A DNA stretch of 51,768 bases from Trypethelium eluteriae (taxonomy: Eukaryota): assembly GCA_051942245.1 (NCBI GenBank), contig JAVECL010000105.1:1-51768 (forward strand), read 5' to 3'. A model generated the notes under the pieces. That model had not been told where the DNA came from and did not search any database. It worked only from the letters and a program-made list of their open reading frames with translations. Shown here one piece after another: positions 11,392 through 20,900 of this stretch. The translations under genes were made by a program, and so were the position numbers. Positions within the stretch are counted from its first letter, which is position 1, and every line of letters begins with the position of its first letter.

Positions 11392-13864
11392 TCACAACAG
11401 GATCTTTCTTCCTGCTTCCAAATCCTTGATTTCCTTCTCGAGTTGTTTGCGCTGACGCTTGAGTCCTTCATCCTCGCCAGCGATATCCTCTAGTTCTTCC
11501 TCAGACAGATCCGTCACGAAGTCCGAGCTGAACAGCTGCAGAGGAGATTCTAGCCCGCTGATTAGGTGGTGGTCTACAGCCTGCATGCATACATTGTCGA
11601 CAAATCGCTTCCGAGCAACTTTATAGTACGAAAACAGGATGTCATGCAACTCGCGTACGGTGTGCTGTGTGTTGCTCATTGGAGGCTCAGCTGTCGTGAT
11701 ATCCTCAAAGCGCACAACCTTGCCATGTTTACAATCATTGAGGACCTTCGTGCTCAAGGCAGCCTTTCTACGCGATTGTCGGCTAGGAAATCCTCAGCAC
11801 AATCCTTTGGAGCTCTTCTGCAACGTGCTCAGAGACCTACCTTTTCTCGAGGTTTTCGTTGAAGTAATGATTCATGGTTCGAAGCGTGCCACTCCGCTCG
11901 ATTTCAAGCAGAAATTTTGTTTGCTCGAGTCCCTTGCGGTAACGCTCGACCAAGCGATCGAGGAGAAAGGCAAGGATGCGGGAGCGAACGTTTTCGTCGG
12001 GACAAAGATACGTCAAAAGACGCACAATGTAATCGTGCACAACAGCGATGATATCACTCGTATACCCCAGCGCGAGAGTCTCCCATTTGGCTGACTGCTC
12101 GTACATGGCAATTGACAACAGACCCGGATTGAAGGTACCAAGGTGATCACCTCGCGAGGTAGTATGGATCTTCTCAAGCCATGCCGTGATGCTCGCATCC
12201 GACGGGGGATTCACAGTCGTCTCAGTGAGCAGGATTTCCTCGAGCTCCACTTCGTTCTTTGTTTTTCGAACACTGAGTGGCTTGAAGACTGCCATGGGAA
12301 CTTCTTCTTCTTCGAGATCATCTTCTTCAGCTGAAGACAGAAAGGCGTGCTCATGCCCGTAAGACTCCATACCATTGGCGAAAGATTCATTGCGATTGGC
12401 CAGAAGCGTGGGTAGACGAAGGGCGTTATCTCTCTTGAAGCAGGCCTGCGTGCCATATTGAGCCGTCTGAGCTAGCGATGTCACATGCTGAAACTGCGAG
12501 GCAATGCCGAGAAGGTATTTACTCTGTTGATCCTTGGTCTCACGGCTGGCTCCAAGCAGTCCAATTTTCTCCTTGGAGGCGGCTAATTTTCTACTAATCT
12601 CCATCTTGACCTGCAACAGAACTGAATTAGCGCAACGAAGTCCTTCAAATTATGCGTGTGCAATTGGAACTCAACAGACCTTGGGAAATTCTCGACGTAT
12701 ATGCGCTGTCAAGGTTGTTTGTAAACGTTTCCTAAGTGCAGTCACACCAACACGATCCTTATCGATCTTATTCCAAGGTTCCTTAAAACGGAAGAAGTCG
12801 TCTTCTAGAGACTGGCGGTTCGTTGTGGCATCTGTTAATTCTTGCTGGCCTGGGTTGCGTACCATGCTCCAACCCAGTTTTCCATTCGACCCCTTTCCCT
12901 GAAGCAGGTCGATAACGTTGGCTTCAGCACCTCGATCGACAAGATCCGGTTTGGTGAAAACACCGATAGTTCTTTGGCCTTCCGGATCGACCTCGCGCGC
13001 CATCTCCAGTATCTCTTGTGTTGCAATATCCACATTTGCTGGAACAACGGCAATCATTACAGACCTGGGGTTCTTCATATACGCCTGCACCATCTCACGT
13101 ACCATCAAGATATCTTCTTTTGTCGTCAGACCCGGTGTTGTGTTCTTGAAAATTCCTGGTACATCGATAACACTGAGATGGTCCTCTTTCGGTCCGTGGA
13201 TTTCCAAACGAAGGACATCGCTCGAAAAGGTACCTGTGGACGAAGTGTCGTTCTTGTCTGCAGGCAGACCCATGACGCTAGGAACCTGGCTATGTTAATT
13301 CGCCGCTAAGACGGTCGAGTCTCAATTGAAACCTACCTGACTCATGATGTCCGCAAAAGCATTCTTGTCGAGCTTTGGAACGTGGACATGCCAGCCTTTC
13401 ACCTTTCCTTCATGCTCTGGATTCGCATTTGCCGAAGCGATAACCGACACATTGACTGATTCTACCTTGGTGCGTCGAAATGTAATCTGCGTCGCGAACC
13501 TGGTGCATAGTCCACTATCACGTGGAAATGGAAGTGCAGTCAAACCCTCAAGAACGGAGCTTTTCCCACTACTCTGATCCCCAATCACAACTAGCTGAGG
13601 AAGGTCTATATGGTCTCCCACATTACAAGCAAAGAGCTTATCGATCTTTTCAAGAAGAGTCGGATCTCCGATACGCGCGTAATCACGTTCTTCGGCTACC
13701 ACGCCAGGCTCTTCAGCTGCTATGACAGGCTGTCCGGTTGCTTTGACGGGCTCTTCGGCTGCTGTGACGGGCTCTTCAGTTGCCATGACGGGCTCTTCGG
13801 TTGCCATGCGTTGTGGTGACAGAGGCACTGTGGAAGGGCGTTTTTGAGATCGCTTTTTCGGCAT
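11392..13864 (-). CDS. Dynamin-superfamily GTPase (Mx-like fungal dynamin with C-terminal GED), ~764 aa
   Basis: G1 GDQSSGKSS, G2 LCTRFAT, G3 DVPG, G4 TKPD; GED-like SYYKVARKRFVDNVCMQAV. Introns 13286-13336, 12611-12679 and 11783-11840 give a continuous frame. Start is ATG 13864 or 13807. Confidence 0.92.
13688..13807 (-). repeat. Degenerate 21-nt coding tandem repeat (~5.5 copies) in the dynamin N-terminus
   Basis: Encodes ATEEPVM/ATEEPVT/AAEEPVK/ATGQPVI/AAEEPGV/VAEE; plus-strand unit GACGGGCTCTTCGGTTGCCAT. Confidence 0.85.
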
Positions 13865-14682
13865 CCGCTTATGATTACGATATAGCTCGAAAACTTTTGG
13901 ATTCAGCAAGGGAGAGGAGTTCTGAGATGAGTTCTGAGGTGAGGCAAGAGATCTTTCTTTGCAAGCGAAGTGAGCACAACCAGATATACGTTTCGGAACT
14001 GAAGATAACAGCAAACGGGCGTCATCGGCGTCGTGCAGAGGTCACCGTCTCATCTAAGCAATCAAACAACGAGAGCAAGGAGAACTCGTCTCAGCGGTGC
14101 CTGTCTTCTGGAAAAGCAAACGCTGCCGGTTACCCACAGCATTTCCTAGATAGATGGAACTCTAAGCAGGCCAATTTCACATTAGCTTCAGCATTGAATG
14201 CTGGGAAGACTAGGAATTTCCTAGGATATCTAGCGACTGTCACAGTTTTTTCCAGGGCTCAATTCTGGCACATGCAAACGCTTGGCCCAATATTCCACTT
14301 GAGCCCCTTAAGATTTTACCAGTCCCATATTTAGAACTCTTCGGATTAGGAGAGGCCTAATTTGTAGACATTTAAAGCGTAGTAATAGAGATGGATAGGG
14401 CCAGATATAGCTAACTAGGGCATCTACTCAAAAACCGATCTCCGCTACTTCTGAGGATTGGAGTTGGTTAGACCACAGCATCGCTCTGGGTAGGCCACCA
14501 AGCGCAGAACTTTTAGGTCGCGCTCGGTCGCGCTTCCACAGTTCTCCGAAAGCGATGCCATGGGTGAAAGAAATTTAGCTAGGCAATAGGAGAATTTTGC
14601 CGCAAGAGTAAGTATATATACCGGGAGCTTAAACCTTCTTATACAGCCCACTTCCAATTTCTACCACCTTGCCAAAGAGCAG

Positions 14683-16266
14683 ATGCCGCTATCAGAACTA
14701 TCCGTCAGATTACGGAAACGAGGCTCTTCTGCAATGACAGCTGACAAAACGTCCCGGGAATCCCTTGCTCCAGAGCTTCGACTGATGATATTGAAAGCGC
14801 TAACACATGATGGGTACTACGCTCGCTCTGCCACGATTTGTCGAGAATGCTAGGAAGTCATTGAGCAGAAGAACTTGAGCCGACTTAAACTTACCCCGTC
14901 GCGCATTGCTGGCCTTCGCGACATGGTATATCAGCAGAAGGGGCTTGTGAGATACATATGGCTTTGTACAGAGCCCCAAGAATACGATTGCTCGCAATGT
15001 AAGGATGTGGAGACAGATACATGGCATGAAAGTAACACCGGCATCATCGGTAGAGCCATGCAGGAGCTTTTTTCCATTCTCAGCGAATGGGAAGCCAGTG
15101 AAAGCTTGGTGCTTAATATCAACGTCCACTCCCTCAGCGGCTCAAAGCATCATTTCAAGTACATACACTTTGGGCCTGATGCTATTTCAGATTCCTACGG
15201 CAATTGAGAAACGGCAGGGATCCATAAACTTCGTCATGGCTGGGTTCATGGTCAGCATGTCTCTTTTCCGTCTGAGAAATGGATCACGAGACTCTTCAGG
15301 GATATCCAGATAGCACCAGATTTCTGGCAAGGGCTGCTGGAAGTCACAACTGTTACAGATCTTCTTCTGCGTCGACAAATCCGTCGCCGATGGAGCCGAG
15401 AATGCTTGAAGAACTTTTGGATCTCCTTCCTAAGCTCTAGGAAGTATATTACGAGCCTTGGAGAGAGTGGACCCGAATAGACCAAAGGTGGACTGACGAG
15501 AGTAAGTGTTTGAGAAGTCTCTCAGAACTCTTCGTCTAGATGAGTCTGAATTGATCGTTACAATGTCACAGGTACTCAGTGGCTATTCAAATCACTCATA
15601 CCGAACTAATTCAGGGGGATAGTACTCTTCGAAGACTTCAACGATGATTATATTACAAAGTTTGAAGGAGTGTACGAGCCCTTCGATGCAGAGCCCGTTC
15701 GAACAGCAGAAGTTGCTATCAGCAGAGCTCTTGCCGAGGCAAGTCTCGACTTGGAATATCTCTCGGCGTCATTCATCGTAGACCCCAGAGGACTCTTCCG
15801 AGCACTTCACTCAACTTGGACTTGGAGCAAGCTACTATCGCTCGTACTTACCTCACGACAGCTAGTTCCGGGCGGAAGCCATGCGGAAATCGATGTCATA
15901 CTCGAGGCAGCAGCAGCGACAGTAATGAAGATGCCAAGACTGACTTCTATGTAGCTATGGAACGGTGGAAAGGGTTTAGCCTGTGTCTTCCGTTACCAGA
16001 TATATCCTGGCCACCGGTCTGCTGCGATTATATGGCGTGGCAATCGAGATTTACCGCTGGATCCTCATGTGATTCGGTCCGAGCAAGCCGCCGCACTTAG
16101 GCGTGGTCAACATGAACTCCACATCGTCAAAGAAACGCTGGATCCCGACAGCATGATCAACTTCCATGGCGATGCTATCCAATCGTTGAACCTTCTGCGC
16201 CAGGTGCACCATCCTGTTTCGTTGTGCCAAATCCAAAAAGAGACCAGCCATAAGATCACGGCCTGA
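14683..16266 (+). pseudogene. F-box-like / DUF6546-type fungal protein pseudogene
   Basis: Reconstructed motifs SLAPELRLMIL, LVRYIWLC..EYDCSQC, LLLRRQIRRRW, YYEPWREW, LFEDFN, LEYLSASFIVD, WTWSKLLSLVLTS, MPRL.SM*LWNG. Stops at 14851, 15205, 15438, 15607 and 15952, a frameshift near 15392, and an intron at about 15502-15571. Confidence 0.8.
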
Positions 16267-17955
16267 GTTTCTTTAGTTTGTGGAACGATTAGCCACATGT
16301 TACTAGCTCGTTGTCATGCGAATCCAGAACCCTCTTCGTATCCTAGCTACAGTCTCGCACTCGGAGCCATTTTGCAGCGCTACTAAAATACAACCCTCCC
16401 ATCTAATTAAGCCACCACGTGCTTGTGTAGGTCAATCATCTCTTCTCAAAGTGGTGTGCTTAAACCTTCCGTGAAAATTCTTGATTGCCAGGTGAATTGC
16501 GACTGGGCTGGGTAGAACAATCTGGGTTCTTCTTCCGCCACTTCATTTCAAGAAACCTTCGTATTCTCACATAGCACCTACAAACGGTAGACTCTTACGG
16601 GAGCCATCCAAGCTTCCTAGCTCACTATGGGGCACGAGTAACACATGTTGCTCCTTCGCTTCCGCCTATACGGTTCCTGTGTCGCCGTTACATAGGAATC
16701 ATGTTGTGCATTGACCACCTGCATGGAAGCTTCCTCCAAATCAACAGTATCAATTTTCCTTTTAAATTGACGACTTTTTTTTTTCGGACTAGCGTAAAGG
16801 CGGAATACGGCTCCCATCCCTCCAGATGTTCCATTTGATCGCTCATCAGAGCTCGAGAGTCATTAGACTACACGCGAAAGCCAGCTTTCGAATGAGCCAC
16901 GGAGAGGCAGCGGTTTATCTTAAATCCAATAGACACTGGCCTTCCAAGCAGAGACATCGATCGACCCCGTGTGGACTCGGAAGCGTAAGAAAGGACGTGT
17001 ATCGTCAGATCCGACCAGCTGTTCTTTCTGGTTTAAGTCTTTTTCTCCAATAAAATAAGTTGGGGTGACAACATAAGACTCGAAAAGTTGCGATGCTTCA
17101 GGCCATATGTACTTACCTTGAACGGGCTTACAAATCTGGGCTCACCAGGCTTGCTGAAGCAGCTGCTCTGTTTGTGAATCGAAAGTAGATAGCGGCAGTA
17201 TGCAGAATAGAGCAGAGACAACTTTAAGTGCCTGATTCAATGATCTCCGACGAAAGGCTTATCATCTTCATAGACAAACAGGGTGGACAAGTGATGTAAA
17301 CACCTTTCAGGGCCTCTTAGTGTCTGATAGTAGTTTTATAGTCCCTAGTGCTAGTCTGCTATTACGGACCGCGGAACCTTACCCTCGATACGTTTCGTTC
17401 GTCATTCTTGCTTCGAATCACATTTTCCATAGTCGGCATCACTGTAGCAATGGCTAACCCCGTGCGCGATTTTCAGCCATTTGCACATATGATGAAGATT
17501 GGTTTCACTTTAGAAGGAGTCCTTCAGACGTCACTCTACCCAGATTAACGCGGCATGTATTAGGTACTTGCGTAGTGCTCGGACGGAGAGACTTCTTGCT
17601 GGGATTCATGATGGACGATTCATACCCAGTGAATCATCTCCTGGCCTTCAGCCAGTGCTGGTAGTACGTACCTGCAGAACGGAAAGTTCGGACCATGAAT
17701 GCGATATTGAATTATTTCAGATATCCTTTTGAGTTTAGATGAAATCGATGCCACCTTCTGGATTTGAAAGCTGCTTGTTCTTTCCAGGGTACTCATAACT
17801 ATTCCAATTCTTCTGGTCTGGGTGACCCCTTTAACCATTTCCATCCTTCTAATCTCATTATGCCCTCTAGCTAGTTCCACCTTTTTGGTTTGGGCGGCCC
17901 CAATAGCTGAGAACAGATCCGACCAAGACGAATCAGTCTAAAATGCCCGCTCAGA

Positions 17956-18370
17956 GTGGATGCGTCCAGGACTATGCAGTTGAGCCCGATTAGCTCTGGG
18001 CTCTGGCTTGACAGAGTTGCAAAGACGAATCGGGCTTTTCGTAGTTTCGTTGCTAAGCCGATACACTTTCGCTATCCTGTCCACGCTCAGATCTCTGGTG
18101 AAGATGTGCTCAGGGGTTTCCCGATACAATTCGCGCCGAATAAATACTCCCTGGAGGAACTAGAAGCGATGACTACTTGCAGTCAACAGCTTCGACAAAG
18201 TTAGTAAATTGCAGAGCGATCTCTCCTTTACTGATTCGATCATAGTCGTTCACGGGGACCCAGCGTGTAGCAACATCCTCTTGGACAATAATTTACGATA
18301 CTTACCGCCTTCTCTGCCTCTTCTTTGGATGGCTGTCCCCTGGTCATAACTGATATCGGTGAGTACTATA
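17956..18370 (+). pseudogene. Degenerate protein kinase fragment
   Basis: Frameshifted pieces: IQFAPN (hinge-like), VVHGDPACSNILLDNNL at 18251 (catalytic-loop-like), then AFSASSLDGCPLV resembling the DFxGSSxDG motif of small fungal kinases. Confidence 0.55.
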
Positions 18371-18479
18371 TACTGCTGCTGTCGAAGTCGGCAGGCGACC
18401 ATGCACCCAAGTACTCTTTGAGTAGTGCAGAAGAACGCAGACTCTAATGGAGGTGGGTCGGAAGGAGGTTCAGTAAAAT

Positions 18480-20309
18480 TTATCTCCAGAGCCTTGTGAC
18501 GCCATCATTGCCCGCCGACGCAAGCGTCGCGCCGTCCGGTGAAAAGATTACTTGGCAGACCGTGCCTTCGTGGCCTTCAAGTGTCTGGAGCGCTGCTCCC
18601 GAACAGCTATTCCAGAGGTTGATCACCCCATTATTGCCTGCTGACGCGAGTGTTGTGCCGTCTGGTGAGAAGGCTATACTGTTGATACAACGCTGACGGC
18701 GCTGGAGCGTGTGATCGAGCGCTGCTCCCGACCGGCTATTCCCTAGTTCGACGGCCCCAATTATGCCTGCTGACGTGAGTGTCGTGTCGTCTGACGAGAA
18801 CGCTCTACTTTGGATCCAGCGCTGATGGCCCTTGAGCGTCTGAAGCGCTGAAACCGACTGGCTATTCCAGAGCCTGATAATCCCATCTGAGCCCGCCGAC
18901 GCGAGTGTCATGCTGTTCGGCGAGAAGGCTATGCTCAAAATAAAGTCCTGATGGTCCTCAAGCTTCTGGAGCGCTACTCCTGACTGAATATCCCAGAGGA
19001 TAATGACCCCATCCTTGCTTGCTGATGCGAGTATTGTACTATCCGATGAGAAGGCTATGCTAAAGACATATCCCTGACGGCCCTCGTACGTCTGGAATAA
19101 TGCTCCCGACTGGCTGTTCCAGAGTCTAACAGCCTCACCGTAGCCTCCTGACGCGAGTATTGTGCCGTCCGGCGAGAAAGCTATGTTCTTAACCAAGTGG
19201 GGATGGCACTGTAGCGTCTGCAGAGCTACTCCGGATCGGCTATCCCAGAGCGTAATGGTCTGATAATCCCGATAGCGCATCTCGCCGAAGGGCCCATTCG
19301 TGCCTACTGACGCGAGAGTGACGCCGTCTGGTGAGAAGGCTAAGGCGTCGAGACGCGCCTGGCATTTGAGCGTCCGTAGAGCCCGTCCGGACTGCCAGTT
19401 CAAGAGCGCGATCTCCTTGTTGCTCCCCATCGCGAGCGTCGTGCCGTCGGATGAAAAGGCCAGGTCGTTGAGGCTGTCTCGATTGCTCTCAAGCTTGCGC
19501 CACTCAGTCAAGTCCCGATTAGGTTTGGCTGAATGTAGGGTTACTGCACCCAAGTTACTAATTTGTAGCATTTCCTCTGTGTTTCTTCTTGTGGCTTCGT
19601 GTATCTCTTTTTTTAGCCGACTGATTGCACTTCCTCTTCCTTCGCCGTACATAACTGGCATGGAGATACCAAAGATGCCTAGGAGTGAGTATGCCTCATC
19701 TTCCCCACGTGTGGTATGGCGATTTTTTGCGCATAATAATCGCTCATTAGTATTAAACTGGGACATTGGAGTTCCTTTAAGAGCTTTGTTATTAATTCCA
19801 GTAATTTCTCGGATTAGGTTTTTTAAACATTTCTTATCGCCAAGTAACCAGCCTTCTTGGCTAAAAAACTCAACTGTATGAGGGGCAAGTAATTCTTGAA
19901 GAGTCCAGCCCCTAGTAAACCATCTGCTCCCCTGAAAAGCTTGTTCCCAATTGCACTGCTTATAATCTGTGGTAACATCACCCAGGTATACATAGCATTT
20001 TGCAGCTTGCTGGTACCAGCGAAACATAGAGGTGATTGCCTCCTGAAGCTCAGCACTGCTTGATTTATCAATACAACAAGTATCAACCCAAAAGTATTGT
20101 AAGCCATCTTTAACTGCTTTTTCACAGCAGAACTCAATTTTTTTATATCCAGGCTTGTGCTGAGCTATGCCTTCAACCATATCTTTAAAATGGACCTCAT
20201 CTCTGGGATTGCCCCACGTATGTGATAGGACGGCATACGCAGGGATCTCGAAGTCGAACAGATCTCCTGTAAGATGTATGGCACCATCGCGGTGTTGTAA
20301 AAGACGCAT
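18480..20309 (-). CDS. HET (PF06985-type) domain + 8 WD40 repeats, HET-E-like but lacking NACHT, ~609 aa
   Basis: ATG 20309 (MRLL). HET motifs YAVLSHTWG, YFWVDTCCIDKSSSAEL, SMFRWY, SRWFTRGWTLQELLAP, TTRGEDEAYSLLGIF. Eight ~42-aa units with (I)AFS[SP]DGxxLAS...LW. No Walker A between the two parts. Confidence 0.92.
   Translation of the reverse strand: MRLLQHRDGAIHLTGDLFDFEIPAYAVLSHTWGNPRDEVHFKDMVEGIAQHKPGYKKIEFCCEKAVKDGLQYFWVDTCCIDKSSSAELQEAITSMFRWYQQAAKCYVYLGDVTTDYKQCNWEQAFQGSRWFTRGWTLQELLAPHTVEFFSQEGWLLGDKKCLKNLIREITGINNKALKGTPMSQFNTNERLLCAKNRHTTRGEDEAYSLLGIFGISMPVMYGEGRGSAISRLKKEIHEATRRNTEEMLQISNLGAVTLHSAKPNRDLTEWRKLESNRDSLNDLAFSSDGTTLAMGSNKEIALLNWQSGRALRTLKCQARLDALAFSPDGVTLASVGTNGPFGEMRYRDYQTITLWDSRSGVALQTLQCHPHLVKNIAFSPDGTILASGGYGEAVRLWNSQSGALFQTYEGRQGYVFSIAFSSDSTILASASKDGVIILWDIQSGVALQKLEDHQDFILSIAFSPNSMTLASAGSDGIIRLWNSQSVSALQTLKGHQRWIQSRAFSSDDTTLTSAGIIGAVELGNSRSGAALDHTLQRRQRCINSIAFSPDGTTLASAGNNGVINLWNSCSGAALQTLEGHEGTVCQVIFSPDGATLASAGNDGVTRLWR
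18483..19500 (-). repeat. WD40 repeat array (~126-nt units x8) within the HET-WD40 gene
   Basis: Recurrent plus-strand unit ...GACGCGAGT..TGCCGTC.GG.GAGAAGGCTA.. and GGCTATTCCAGAG. Confidence 0.9.
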
Positions 20310-20563
20310 TGAAGCGAAGGAGGGACTTAGGCCAAGGGAGCCTTGCAACAGAAACCCAATAGAGGAGGTATCAGGAAGTATGGAGACTTTACAAATCTAT
20401 CGATTTAGTAAGCTCGATATCATTTAGTAACGATGTAGGATGGTCAGGAGACGTGATACCTGCTTGTACTAGCGACCCGGAGCGGCTGACAGCTAAGCGG
20501 AGGTTCGAACATGCGCGAAATTAGAAGACCTACGGAGTATCACCGACATCCGGTCCCTGCACA

Positions 20564-20573
20564 GTCACGTGAC
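20564..20573. promoter_or_regulatory. Perfect GTCACGTGAC palindrome (bHLH/Cbf1-type E-box) upstream of HET-WD40
   Basis: 10-bp palindrome about 255 bp upstream of ATG 20309; occupancy unknown. Confidence 0.3.
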
Positions 20574-20585
20574 CTTTTGTCTTCC

Positions 20586-20657
20586 GTAGGTACCTTATTC
20601 TTACCTAGATAAGGTAAGGTAAGTACCTAACCTACCTAGGGTAGGTACCGTACCTAA
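20586..20657. repeat. Low-complexity TAGG/CCTA/GGTA/TACC quasi-palindromic patch
   Basis: gtaggtaccttattcttacctagataaggtaaggtaagtacctaacctacctagggtaggtaccgtacctaa. Confidence 0.6.
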
Positions 20658-20900
20658 GCTGATTAGTGCGGAGAGCTTCCCTAGCATATCAATGTCGCTG
20701 CATAAGGTAACGTCTTTCCTCCGGTCGTCGGACGCACGCCGTAGACGGACAAATCACAGGCGCTTTGACTGAAAGCAAATCAGGCTTAGAGGTAACGTAC
20801 ACATTAAATGCTTGTGTATCTAAGTTGAGGTCGATCATGTGGTACTCCGAAAACTTCGAGAACATCACCATAGCTCGGGGCCGTTCTATTCCTTTGTAAG

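Noticed and set aside
14683..16266. Premature TAG codons rescued by sexual-stage A-to-I editing (UAG to UGG)
   Set aside because: Contexts imply Gln/Glu rather than Trp, and the gene also has TGA/TAA stops and a frameshift.
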